DNA of 64,000 bases from Octopus sinensis (GCF_006345805.1 NC_043020.1:11532001-11596000); one strand, 5' to 3'; counted from the stretch's first letter, positions 1-13,098 are shown. Translations and numbers: made by a program. Notes: generated by a model not told the origin, from the letters alone.

Positions 1-59
1 TTACACTGGGTACAGGTACATCTTAAGAATAATAATAATATTTTTTTTTAAATTATTTT

Positions 60-232
60 TTAGACATTCACTAGTACAACACTAAATACAAAACCAAGTA
101 TATAGCACACTAGGCATAACAACAACACAAACTTCCAACCTGTTGTCTCTTGAGGTCTCCGGGTGAGACTTGGAGCCAACTTGTACAAATATAAAGCAAA
201 AGTCAAACAGAATAATAATAATAATAATCATA
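60..232 (+). mobile_element. 3' end of an R4/Dong-like non-LTR retrotransposon, embedded in (TAA)n
   Basis: Matches the 3' UTR of the copy at 44852-45273 (tctcttgaggtctc(c/t)gggtgagacttggagccaacttgtacaaat...aagcaaaagtcaaaca); flanked by aataat repeats on both sides. Confidence 0.7.
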
Positions 233-568
233 ATAATAATAATAGTGATTTCAAATTTTTGCCACAAGGGCAGCTTGGAGGAGTAGATTAGGTCGATTAC
301 ATCAACCCCCATCTGTAACTGGTACTTACTTAATCGATCCTGAAAGGATGAAAGGCAAAGTTGACCGCGACATAATTTGATCTCAGAACATCATCATCAT
401 CATCAGTGCAATAATAATGATGATGATGATGATGATGATGATAATTTCATATTTTAGTACAAGGCCAGCAATTTCAGGGAGAGGGTAAGTTGATTGCATT
501 GACCCTAGTGCTTGACTCATTCAAGGGAATGAGCTGAAAAGAACAGAAATGAAAACCATTTGATGAAT

Positions 569-953
569 GATGGAAGCACTCCGTTGGTTATGACGACGAG
601 GGTTCCGGTTGATCCAAATCAACGGAACAGCCTGCTCGTGAAATTAACGTGTAAGTGGCTGAGCACTCCACAGACACATGTACCCTTAACGTAGTTCTCG
701 GGGATATTCAGCGTGACACAGAGAGTGACAAGGCTGGCCCTTTGAAATACAGGTACAACAGAAACAGGAAGTAAGAGTGAGAGAAAGTTGTGGTGAAAGA
801 GTACAGCAGGGATCACCACCATCCCCTGCCGGAGCCACGTGGAGCTTTAGGTGTTTTCGCTCAATGAACACTCAAAAACCCGGTCTGGGAATTGAAACTG
901 CAATCCTACGACCGCGAGTCCGCTGCCCTAACCACTGGGCCATTGCGCCTCCA
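569..953 (-). mobile_element. SINE family C (tRNA-derived), full length
   Basis: tRNA-like head GGAGGCGCAATGGCCCAGTGG; 11-bp TSD atttgatgaat at 558-568 and 956-966; homologous to 52181-52568 and 60629-60975. Confidence 0.85.
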
Positions 954-1166
954 CTATTTGATGAATATGCAGAGTATCTTAGAGACACAGAGAGGGAGGA
1001 TGACAAAGAATGAATTGCAGAGAATGATGGGAAGAGGGGCAGTGACAGATGTTGTGAAAAGAGAAGGGATGAAAGGGCTGGGTCATGTGCGGATTGAGGA
1101 TGAATGTGACTAGGAAAAAGGAGTGATGGAAATGAATGTAGAACAAAGAAGAAAGGATGAGAAAGA

Positions 1167-1560
1167 GGAGTGGGCTGTGTGGTAAGTAGCTTGCTAACCA
1201 ACCACATGGTTCAGGGTTCAGTCCCACTGCATGGCATCTTGGGCAAGTGTCTTCTGCTATAGCCCCGGGCCGACCAATGCCATGTGAGTGGATTTCGTAG
1301 ACGGAAACTGAAAGAAGCCTGTCGTATATATGTATATATATATATATATGTATGTGTGTGTATTTGTGTGTCTGTGTTTGTCCCCCTAGCATTGCTTGAC
1401 AACCGATGCTGGTGTGTGTTTACGTCCCCGTCACTTAGCGGTTCGGCAAAAGAGACCGATAGAATAAGTACTGGGCTTACAAAGAATAAGTCCCGGGGTC
1501 GATTTGCTCGACTAAAGGCGGTGCTCCAGCATGGCAGCAGTCAAATGACTGAAACAACTA
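1167..1560 (+). mobile_element. SINE family A
   Basis: A box TGGCTGTGTGG-like, B box GGTTCAGTCCC, CORE-like cttgggcaagtgtcttc, central TA/TG microsatellite, conserved 3' half. Confidence 0.9.
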
Positions 1561-1874
1561 AAAAAAAAATAAAAATTAAAAAAAAAATGTGTGTGTGTGT
1601 GTGTGTTGTTCGTTTTCCTTTTTTACATCCATTTTTTCCATTCTTGCATGGGTTAGATGCATTAATGAGGCATTGTTTTAGTCAGATGCTCTTTTCTGCT
1701 GCAGCCTCTTACCTGCTTTTTCAAGGGATCTTGTATTTCACATGTCTATGAAGGCACTAAGCAAGTGGACAAGTTGCGTGTGCATGTGTGTGTGTGTGTG
1801 GAGAGAAGGGGGGGGGCAAAAAGGGGGCGGGGTAATAAGTAATTGTGGTTATGCAGTAGTTGTGATAGTGTGAT

Positions 1875-2345
1875 AGAAATGGTTGGTGGTAGTGATGGTG
1901 GTGGTGATGGTGGTGGTGGTGATGATGGTGGTGGTGGTGGTGGTGATGGTGGTGGTGGTGGTGAAGGTGGTGGAGGTGGTGGTGGTGATGGTGGTGGTGT
2001 TGGTGGTGGTGGTGGTGAAGGTGGTGGAGGTGGTGGTAGTGATGGTGGAGGTGGTGGTGGTGATGGTGGTGGTGATGGTGGTGGTGAAGGTGGTGGTGGT
2101 GGTGGTGGAGGTGGTGGTGGTGATGGTGGTGGTGATGGTGGTGGTGGTGGTGAAGGTGGTGGAGGTGGTGGTAGTGATGGTGGAGGTGGTGGTGGTGATG
2201 GTGGTGGTGATGGTGGTGGTGAAGGTGGTGGTGGTGGTGGTGAAGGTGGTGGAGGTGGTGGTGGTGATGGTGGAGGTGGTGGTGGTGATGGTGGTGGTGA
2301 TGGTGGTGGTGTTGGTGGTGGAGGTGGTGGTGATGGTGGTGGTAA
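1875..2345. repeat. (GGT)n/(GAT) trinucleotide array
   Basis: Near-pure ggt repeats with gat/gaa interruptions; source of the poly-G/P/V/T ORFs. Confidence 0.95.
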
Positions 2346-3643
2346 TGTTGACAAGAGCAAGAGGAGGAACATGCAGCCCTACCATCCCTTCACCCCCACC
2401 CCACCCCACCCCCACCATCGAAAGTTGCTCAGATGTCCATCATTAAGAGGGGCAGTCAACCGTAGAGAAGCAATAGACCATAAGAAAGAAAGGAAGGAAA
2501 GAAAGAAAAAGAAAAAGAAAGAAGTAAGGAAGGAAAACACCTGTCCATACTCTAAGAGCTGCCAAACAAATGCTTCATTTGCCAAATAACCTTCCCACTC
2601 ACCCACGGGGCCCCACCCACACATGTTAAATGTGTGAGACGGGGAGGGGGATATAAACAAACATTAGATAAAAACAAAACAAATAAATATAGAAAACATA
2701 ATCATTATGCAAAAACCTTTACACACACCCACACACATACTTATTTATATTCACACATATACATCTGTACACCCAAACACACACACATTTATATTCACAC
2801 ATATACATCTGTACACCCAAACACACACACATTTATATTCACACATATATATATACATACTCAAACATCTACACTGAAACAAAAGAAAATGAAACACACG
2901 CACACACACACACACAATCATCACACACGCACACACACATGCACACACACACACAACACAATCATCACACACACACACACAACACAATCATCACCACATG
3001 CACACACACACGCACACACACACACACACACGCACACACACACACACAACACAATCATCACACACACACTTATACCCAAACACTCACCTAGGAAGACACA
3101 CACACACACACACACACACACCACACAATGACTGAAATACCTACCCTGGAATAAAAACAACAAAAAACATATACAAAGGTGCGTACACACACATATATAC
3201 ACACATACAAAATCTATAATTACTATTTCAGTCTCTGTTCTTAATGACAGTGTACATCTTCCTGTCCTGACATCTATACCACACCTCATCCCCCACCACA
3301 ACCCCTTTCCACACATGATACCTGTATTTACCTGCCTTCTTCTATAATCCTTCTGCCACCCCCACCCCTGCATACCTCTAAATATTCCTGCACCTGCTGA
3401 TTCTTCTCTTCACATCTTCAATCATTGGCCTTGAACAATCTAAACAGGAACTATATTAACTTTTAGCTGCCCAATCTCTCTTCTTAAATTTCACAGGATT
3501 TTTGACCGACCATGTAAGAGACAGAGCCCTTCATCCTTACACTTACATGTAATCAACAGAAAAATTACTGTCACCCTGCCTTCTTCTATAATTCTTCTGC
3601 CACCAGGCCTGCACACCTCTAAACATTCCTGCACCTGCTGATT

Positions 3644-4087
3644 CTTTAGCATTCAGATTAATCTGTCAAATGTAAAGCCTGTTTAACCCTTTCGTTACCA
3701 ACCCAGCTGAAACTGCCTCTGGCTCTGAGTACAAATGTCTTGTTTTCATTAAGTTTCGAATTAAAATCTTCCACCAAACCTTTAGTCACAATTTACATTC
3801 CTAACACTAGCTTAAGTGTAACAATGTTATTTTACTAAATTCTTTGTTATATTTAAAATAATTGGAAGAAATACAGAGCACCTGAAAATAAATACAGTAA
3901 CGAAAGGGTTAATCACATTGTTTTAAATTATTTGTACAGCATCTTGTAACTCTGAGATTTTGATGATGTCCCTGTTTATTTTTAGAATGACTTTGTAGGG
4001 TAGGTGTGAGAGGTCAGAGCTGGCTGGTTTGAGCATAAAACAGGAAGACAATTTTGGCCTGATATGGCCGGTTTGAACACCAAAAGG
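3644..4087 (-). mobile_element. piggyBac-type MITE P1 interrupted by MITE P2
   Basis: Reverse complement of 20677-20896, split at an internal TTAA by the 3687-3908 insertion; TTAA at 4088-4091. Confidence 0.8.
3687..3908. mobile_element. piggyBac-type MITE P2 (222 bp)
   Basis: Perfect 12-bp TIR CCCTTTCGTTAC/GTAACGAAAGGG with TTAA duplicated at 3683-3686 and 3909-3912. Confidence 0.85.
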
Positions 4088-4094
4088 TTAAGTA

Positions 4095-4582
4095 GATCTG
4101 GCAGTATCTATATGGGACAGATTATCTCTGACCATTCACCTATTTAAATGTAAATCCAGAACGTTGGCTGCGGGGTCACTCCGAAAAGCTCTATCTGCGA
4201 CGATTTCATCTCAATCGAAGGAGAGGGGCTTTCTCTGTCCAGGTTGCGGATCTGGCAGTATCTATATGGGACAGATTATCTCTGACCATTCACCTATTTA
4301 AATGTAAATCCAGAACGTTGGCTGCGGGGTCACTCCGAAAAGCTCTATCTGCGACGATTTCATCTCAATCGAAGGAGAGGGGCTTTCTCCGTCCAGGTTG
4401 CGGATCCGTGGAATAAGCTGCCGGACGAGATAGTGAAGATGCCGACGGCCGCTCGGTTCAAAGTCTCCCTTGACCACAAACGGCCTGAACTCTTTGCATG
4501 AACACCACCCTGTACATAACTCCATGTCCCCCTACATGGCCTTGCTTTTTGCTTTTTGAGCCAAAAAATTAACTTAACTTAA
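4095..4582 (+). mobile_element. 5'-truncated CR1-clade LINE 3' end with a 154-bp tandem duplication
   Basis: Translates LRGHSEKLYLRRFHLNRRRGAFSVQVADPWNKLPDEIVKMPTAARFKVSLD, the typical CR1 ORF2 C-terminal RGH..KL/WN.LP/FK..LD pattern; stop at 4499-4501; (TTAAC)n tail. Confidence 0.85.
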
Positions 4583-4728
4583 ATTCATTCTCAAAATTTT
4601 ACAAACAAAATGTTCTAAACACTAATGGAGAAAGTGGTTGCTTTATTAAATCAGCCCAAATTCTTGATTATTTTACAAATTAATTAAAACACAGACAATT
4701 ATTAGAAATATGAGCCATGAAGAGTAAA

Positions 4729-4985
4729 GACCCCCTTTGGTTATGAATTAGCATGGGACTGCACCTCGGAAGTTACCCTCTGAGGGCAAAGTTGTTCATA
4801 AAAGACCAGCAGTTGCCCATGCATACCAACCCCTTCTCTCCATGCCACCAATGTTGTCCAAGGGGAAGGCAAAGGGGCCGATACAGCTTGGCACCAGTGA
4901 TGTCGCAACTCATTTCTACAGCTGAGTGAACTGGAGAAAAGTGAAATAAAGTGTCTTGCTCAAGAACACAACCCCAGTCCAGGAA
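4729..4985 (-). mobile_element. Diverged unclassified SINE-like repeat
   Basis: Contains ttctacagctgagtgaactggag...aagtgtcttgctcaag, a SINE core-like segment in reverse; single copy in the window. Confidence 0.4.
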
Positions 4986-5317
4986 TCAAATGAAGAGTAG
5001 ATGCAGAGAATTGTTTGGCTAAAATCCTTCAAAGAAGTGCTCCAGCATGATCACAATGTATTCTTTTACTTTTATTTGCTTTAGTTTTTGGACTGTGGCC
5101 ATGCTGGGGTACCATCTTGAAGAATTTTAGTCAAAGGAATCAATCTCAGTATTTTATTTATTTTCTTTTTTTACAAGCATGGTACTAATATAATTGATCT
5201 ATTTTTGCCAAATTGCTAAGTTACAAGGATGAAAACAAACCAGCAGCGGTTGTCAAGCAATAGTAGGTGACAACCACAAACACTCACACACACATAGATA
5301 TATACATAAATTTATAT

Positions 5318-5790
5318 CATCATCGTCGACGTTTAGCGTCCGCTTTCCATGCTAGCATGGGTTGGACGGTTCAACTGGGGTCTGGGAAGCCAGAAGGCTG
5401 CACCAGGCCCAGTCTGATCTGGCAGAGTTTCTACAGCTGGATGCCCTTCCTAATGCCAACCACTCCGAGAGTGTAGTGGGTGCTTTTTACGTGCCACTGG
5501 CACAGGTGCCAGACGAGGCTGGCAAACGTCCACGATCGGATGGTGCTTTTTACGTGCCACTGGCAAGGGGCCAGGCGAAAGCTGGCAAATGGCCATGATC
5601 GGATGGTGCTTTTTACGTGCCACCGGCACGGGGGCCAGGCAAGGCTGGCAACAGCCACGATTGGATGGTGCTTTTTACGTGCCACTGGCCCGAGGCCAGT
5701 CGGGGTGGCGCTGGCAACGGCCACGTTCGGATGGTTCTCTTACGTACCACCGGGACTGGTATCACAGCTGCAATTTCCATTGATGTCGAT
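5318..5790 (-). mobile_element. RTE LINE 3' UTR fragment with ~60-bp internal repeats and (GAT)n tail
   Basis: Collinear with the 3' UTR of the ORF-bearing RTE copy at 41305-42230. Confidence 0.85.
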
Positions 5791-6108
5791 CGATTTCGAT
5801 ATCTATCTATAAATACACACTCCATGGGCTTTTTTCAGCTTCCATCTACCGAAACCATCAAAAGGCTTTGGGCAGCCTGGGGCTATAGTAGAAGACACTT
5901 GCTCACACAGCTTAACTCAGTTCCGTATGACTTGAAGTTTCATGGGTGCGTAACTGAGTCAAACTGTTATCAAAAATATATGTTATTTCGACCAAATGTG
6001 CTGAGAGGCACTTTCTTTTGTTTGGTCACTCAATCATGCGTGGTGTGTGTGTGTGGTGTGTGTGTGTGTGTGTGTGTGTGTGGTGTATGTGTGTATCTAT
6101 GTATCAAT

Positions 6109-6147
<39 letters not shown>

Positions 6148-6529
6148 TACACATATATATATGCATACATACATATATATACATACACATATATACACAC
6201 ATATATATATACAGACATCATCATCATCATCATCATCGTTTAACGTCCGTTCTCCATGCTAGCATGGGTTGGACGGTTCGACCGGGGATCTGGGAAGCCA
6301 GAAGGCTGCACCAGGCTCCAGTCTTATCTGGCAATATATATATACATATACACATACATATATATACATATGATATATATACTTGGTATATATATACATA
6401 CATATATGCACATATATTTATACATGTGTGTGTGTGTGTGTCTATAATATATACACATATATGTGTATGTATGTATGTATGTAAGTATATACATTTATAT
6501 GTATGTATATGTATATATATATATAATAT

Positions 6530-6560
<31 letters not shown>

Positions 6561-6726
6561 GGGTTGAAACAATTGTAGTGATCAATAAAACATTCTGGTA
6601 TCTTCTTCTTCCGTCTCTCTCATTAATAATATATATATATAATATATACATATATATATATATCTGTACATAATCTGTATGTATATATGTATGTATATAT
6701 ATGTTGTATATGTATGTATAGTAATA

Positions 6727-6775
<49 letters not shown>

Positions 6776-7544
6776 AATATATAATACTGTGCCCTCAAAC
6801 AAAAAGACAGGTTGCATAAGATAGTATGTCTAGAACCCCTTGATCAGAGATGTCCGTTTGATCAAGGTTGTCCTCGTCTAACAACAACAAACCCATCCCC
6901 TACTATAACGACTTACCTTCCACTCCACCCTGCCCCCTTGCAAACCTTCTGCCTTGCCCCCCCCCCGCCACCCACCGTTACCAGTCCCCTCCCCCCAGTG
7001 TCATTGACCCTGTTTCGAAACAGAAACAGAAACACGTTCCTACTTTTCTTTATAAGCCTCATATAAAAGCTGAAGGACAAATCAGCTTCCACCACCACCA
7101 TCATCATCATCATCGTCGTCATCATCACTATCATGACCATCAGTAGCCGCAAATGGCAGCAACAACAACAACAACAACAACAACAGTAGTAATACAACAA
7201 CAATAAAAGTACCAGCAAGTAATCCCCACCCCGCCCCTCTCCCCCCTCCTCTCGGCCCAATTAAAACCCAAATCATTGAAGTATAGCAAACTGCCATAAA
7301 TATTTTACCAATAACTGGTGGTGATTATAAGGGTGCGTGTGCGTGTGTGTACGTGTGATGAGGGGGGGGGTAGGAAGGGGCGGGGGTGATAGTGGTTATA
7401 GTAATCTTAATTATGATGATGATGATGATGATGATGATGATGGTAGTAATGGCAGTGATTGTGATAGTGGTGGTGGCAGTGGTGGAGGTGGTGGGGGTGG
7501 AGGTGGTAGTGATGATGATGATAATGATGATTAGTAAGATTAGT

Positions 7545-8580
7545 AATTATGCTGGTGGTAAGGATGACGATAATGGTGATGATGATGATGGTGGTGGTGG
7601 TGGCGATGGTGGCCACGATGGTGCCACTTGCAATTATGGTACTGAGGTTGATGATGATGATGGTGGTGGTGGTGGTGGTAGTGGTGGTGGTGACAGTGGC
7701 CACGATGGTGCCACTTGCAATTATGGTACTGAGGTTGATGATGATGATGGTGGTGGTGGTGGTGGTGGTAGTGGTGGTGGTGACAGTGGCCACGATGGTG
7801 CCACTTGCAATTATGGTACTGAGGTTGATGAAGATGTTGAAGGTAATGATAACGAAGATGGTGGTGGTGATGATGATGTGCCTGTGTGAATTGAAGTGGT
7901 GGTGATGCTGGGGATGGTGGACGTTTCAATGGTAACAACGATGGTGGTGGTGGTGGTGGTGATGAAGATGGTGATGGCAGTAGAGGTGGTGGTGGTGGTG
8001 GTGGCACGGAGGAGTGAAGATGGTGGTTGTGATGGTGGTGGTGGCAATAATGATAAAGGCAATGATGATGGTGAAGGGTGATGCGGATGATAATGATGAC
8101 GAAGATGGTGGTGATGATGATGATGTACCTGTGTGAATTGAAGTGGTGGGGATGCTGGGGATGGTGGACGTTTCAGTGGTAACAACGATGGTGGTGGTGG
8201 TGGTGAAGATGGTGATGGCAGTAGAGGTGATGGTGGTGGTGGTGGTAGTGGTGGCACGGAGGAGTGAAGATGGTGAGGGTGGCAATAATGATGAAGGCAA
8301 TGATGACGGTGAAGGGTGATGCGGATGATAATGATGACGAAGATGGTGGTGATGACGATGGTTGTGAAGGGGTGGTGGTGGTGAGGGTGATAGTCGTAGT
8401 GATGGTGGTGGCGGTGATGATGGTGGTGGCAGTGGTGGCAGCGGTGGTGATGGTGGTGGCGGTGGTGGAAGTGGTGCTGGTGGCAGTGGTGATGGTGGTG
8501 ACGGTGGTGGTCGCGGTGACAGTGGTGGCGGCGGTGATGGTGGTGGCATTGGTGATAGTGATGGTGGCAGTGGTGGGTGT
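7545..8580. repeat. GGT/GAT low-complexity tract with higher-order repeats
   Basis: Three ~75-bp units (ggccacgatggtgccacttgcaattatggtactgaggttgatg) followed by about two ~250-bp units. Confidence 0.85.
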
Positions 8581-9245
8581 GTAATAGTAATAATGGCAGG
8601 TATGACGCTAGGTGTTGCTATGTAGCGTTTGTCTAATTGGCTGGTGGTGGTCGTCGTGGTAGCAGTGTAAACTGGTTAATGATAGGACAAATGGACATAA
8701 AATGAGAAAGAAGAGAAGCAACAACTGAGAAGAGGACACAGAAGCAGGGATAACATATTGTAAGATAGACACGAGATGACGATGATGATGATGATGATTA
8801 TAACGAAGAGGAGAATAATTAAGATTGTGTTGATTGCGATTGGCTCCCCGCAGTACATAACGACCAATAAATACTACCTTTGAAGTGAATTAGAACAGTA
8901 CAGAGTTAGAAAGACAGAGTCATACAGTCATGTGACTACAGTGGAAACACAGTCATGTGACAGAGAGTCATGTGACTACAGTAGAGATACAGTAGTATAG
9001 TCATGTGGTTAGAGCAGAGAGACAGTCGAAGAGTCATATGACCAGTTCCGCAAAGTCAGTGAAGTGTGTCTGTTGTCGGCACACATCATCTAAAACAGTT
9101 GTTTTCATCAAGGAATTCATATAAAATTTCGTTTTCAAAATTTAATTTACAATAAACTAATTACACTTCTATAACGCACAAAATATTTTCACAATTTGTT
9201 TTTAATATAATTCCTAATAATATTTAACGATAAAAATACAAAAGG

Positions 9246-9359
9246 ATGTGAGGTATATTTGCCATCTCAACATGGCTAACCACTAAGGGTGGGTGTTACT
9301 GTAGCTTGTAGCCCCACCCTTAGTGGTTAGCCTTTTTAGATGGCAAATATACCTCACAT
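9246..9359. repeat. Fold-back/MITE-like inverted repeat (114 bp)
   Basis: atgtgaggtatatttgccatct...ggctaaccactaagggtgg pairs with ccacccttagtggttagcc...agatggcaaatatacctcacat. Confidence 0.85.
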
Positions 9360-9806
9360 TGTCATGCAGTTACTGTTTATACCTCATTCAGAGATTTAAT
9401 ATAAAAGGATTTTGCTTTTAAACATCAAATGGTTATGACAGTCCACCCAAGTAAAATAAGAGTTTAAGGGGTCCATAAATAAAAGAAATTGTTGCAAAAC
9501 ACTGGCCTAAAGGAAGGGGTTGTTCTCCACACACAAAACCCAACAGCAAAACATATATTCACGGCCAAGTCTGCTGGAATATTTTTAAAATGAAAACAGG
9601 TATCTTTGTTTTGATTTTCAACATTTTGTGTGTCTGTAATAATTTAAAAATTGGTAGATCATCAGTTTTCAAGTCAGTGCAGCACATGCAATTTCCTGAA
9701 AGAAACTCCATCACAGTCAACAAAGTGGGGATTACAAAATATAATCCCTGAGTGACCTAAGTAGTCCAACACTCCCTCAATTAGTGTCCCACTATCACTG
9801 AAATAT

Positions 9807-10025
9807 ATTTCTTTATTGCCCACAAGGGGCTAAACATAGAGGGGACAAACAAAGACAGACAAAGGGATTAAGTCAACTACATCGATCCCAGTGCGTGACG
9901 GGTACTTTATTTATCGACCCCGAAAGGATGAAAGGCAAAGTCATCCTCGGCAGAATTTGAACTCAGAACGTAGTGACAGACGAGATACTGCTGAGCATTT
10001 CGCCTGGCGTGCTAACGATTCTGCC
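9807..10025 (-). mobile_element. SINE family B (Nin/Deu-domain-like)
   Basis: Contains gactttgcctttcatcctttcggggtcgataaa in reverse; 12-bp TSD atcactgaaata. Confidence 0.85.
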
Positions 10026-10374
10026 ATCACTGAAATAGGGGGCTGCATGTAATAGGAGCCTTAATCCAAGAAGAACACAGAGGTAATTAGAATAAAAATC
10101 AAGGGATTTCTTGATTTAGTAAACTTCTAATTAGCACAAGTTTAGTCGACAACAATAACAATATCTTTAATCAAGATCATCATCATAAGCAACATTCTCA
10201 TCAGTAATTACAAATATGACGTCATCGGTCCCAGTAACGAACTGTGTCATTAACAACATTGTCATCATCATCAACGACTACTAAACACAACTTAGTCAAT
10301 ATTAAATTGTATGGAATTCTATGAAGAGATGCAATCTGAAGTGTAAGCAACACACGAATATATACACTCATGAA

Positions 10375-11170
10375 TATTTACACATAAATATATACGCATG
10401 AATGTATACATACACGCAATAAAATATGTATACAATCATGAATACATACGCACATGAACATATACATATACACATGATTATATAGATAAATGCTTGAATA
10501 AATACATATATATATATACATACATATGCATATGCGCACGAATATATATACATACATGCATCAATAAATACACAAACATATACACTCAAATATATACATA
10601 CATATGCATGCATGGATATATATATACATATATACATATAAATATATACACATACATATACATAAATATATACACATACATATACATATACATATACATA
10701 AATATATACACATACATAGACACGTGAATATATACAAATATGATTATCACGCATGAATATGTACACACAAATATATACAGATGAATATATACAAATATAT
10801 ACACACGAATATATATATACATACATGAATATATATGAACACACATGGATATATACACACAAATAAACGCACACATGCATGAATATATATGAACACACAT
10901 GGATATACACACACAAATATATGCATACATGCATGAATATATACATACATGCATGGATATATACACAAATATATACATATACACATAAACATATTCATAC
11001 TCTCACTCACAAAAACTCATAGACACATATATACACCTATATACAATCACATATGCAAACACGCATTGGTACACTTACACACACACACATACACTAGCAT
11101 GCATTCCAACACTCACACCTACACAAACACTGCTTCCACACACACACACACACAATCACACGTGTATCCA
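10375..11170. repeat. Complex TA/CA microsatellite
   Basis: Alternating purine-pyrimidine low-complexity sequence. Confidence 0.9.
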
Positions 11171-11361
11171 AACACACATCCCCTTTCTCGCCTCCCTACG
11201 CACACCCCAAGTTTCTTTTATGCCAATAGTGTTCTGGTTAATTTACTTCAAGACATCAAAGGACGAAAAGAACACATTTTCTGTATTCACCAACAATGGC
11301 CACGCGTGTCTGTGCGTGTGTATATGTATGTGTGTGTGTGTGTGTGCATGTGTGCGTGTAC

Positions 11362-11425
<64 letters not shown>

Positions 11426-11640
11426 ACATATATATGTGTGTGTGTGTGTGTGTGTACATATATATGTGTGTGTGTGTGTGTGTTGTGTGTATATATATAT
11501 ATAATTATAAGTACATATGTGTGTGTGTGGACATAAAGATATCAACATATATACATATGATGATATATATGATTTTTATATATTTATATGATTTTTTTAC
11601 ACACACGAGATGATTTTTTACATATACATTTACATATATG

Positions 11641-11712
<72 letters not shown>

Positions 11713-11994
11713 GTTAGTGTATGAGTGTGTGTAGATATATTGATATATATTCTTCATTGATTTTGCTTAACCATCCTTCCATATTAGCATGGTTTTGGAC
11801 AGGAATTGATTTGTGACCAGATTTTACAGTTGCATGCTCTTCCTGTCACCAACTCTTAACTGTTTTCCACAACAGGGAATTTCTTTATTCCAGAAGTATT
11901 TGAAGACCCAAAGTGACCCCTCAGAACATTAACAAGGAATGTCAACATCAGGGCTGCTTCCCTCAAATCAAGACAGCAAGAGATAAAAGCACAT

Positions 11995-12037
<43 letters not shown>

Positions 12038-12334
12038 GGGTTTACAGTAGTTTACAGCTAATAAATTCCATCATACGTCTTTGGTCAGACTGGAGCCACT
12101 TTAGAAGACATTTACCCAAGGTTCTGCACAGTAGGACTGAGGCCAAAACCATGAGCTTGTAAAGCAAGCTTCTTAACTACAGAATTTCAGTAGATTCTGG
12201 TGAATTATAAAACCTGTGACAACAGCAGCATGAATAAAAACCAGTAACACTGTCACTCTGCCTGAATACACACATGATACACACCACACACCAATCATAT
12301 ATATATATATTATATATATATAATATATATATAT

Positions 12335-12897
12335 ATACGCTCTCGGAGTGGTTGGCGTTAGGAAGGGCATCTAGCTGTAGAAACTCTGCTAGATCAAGAT
12401 TGAAGCCTAGTGCAGCCATCTGGTTCGCCAGCCCTCAGTCACACGTCCAACCCATGCTAGCATGGAAAGCAGACATTAAACGATGATGATGATGATGATG
12501 ATATATATATATATCGGTGGCACATAAAAAGCACCCACTACACTTACGGAGTGGTTGGCGTTAGGAAGGGCATCCAGCCGTAGAAACATTGCTAGATCAG
12601 ACTGGGCCTGGTGCAGCCTTCTGACTTCCCAGAACCCAGTTGAACCGTCCAACCCATGCTAGCATGGAAAGCAAACCCGAAATGATGATGATGATGATGA
12701 TATATATATATATCGGTGGCACGTAAAAAGCACCCACTACACTCACGGAGTGGTTGGCGTTAGGAAGGGCATCCAGCTGTAGAAACACTGCCAGATCAAG
12801 ACTGGGCCTGGTGCAGCCTTCTGACTTCCCAGAACCCAGTTGAACCGTCCAACCCATGCTAGCATGGAAAGCAGACGCAAATGATGATGATGATGAT
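12335..12897 (+). mobile_element. Three tandem truncated RTE 3' ends
   Basis: Each ends in (GAT)n followed by (TA)n; copies 2 and 3 share the same 5' start cggtggcac. Confidence 0.85.
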
Positions 12898-12907
12898 ATA
12901 TATATAT

Positions 12908-13098
12908 AGGAGTGGCTGTGTTGTAAGTAGCTGCTAACCAACCACATGGTTCCGGGTTCAGTCCCACTGCATGGCATCTTGGGCAAGTGTCTTCTGCTAT
13001 AGCCCCGGGCCAACCAATGCCTTTGAGTGGATTGGGTATACGGAAACTGAAAGAAGCCTGTCTATATGTATATATATATTAATATATATATATGTGTG

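Noticed and set aside
1167-1240. tRNA-like sequences at SINE heads
   Set aside because: They are pol III SINE heads with A/B boxes continuing into SINE bodies, not intact cloverleaf tRNA genes.
1713-1745. 33-nt in-frame candidate microexon TCEIQDPLKKQ (minus)
   Set aside because: Good splice signals but no resemblance to the expected next PGAP1 segment (xVRF..) and no other support.
1746-2589. Long poly-Gly/Pro/Val/Thr ORFs (extensin- or glycine-rich-like)
   Set aside because: Open in several frames on both strands only because (GGT)n lacks stops; no splice or start context.
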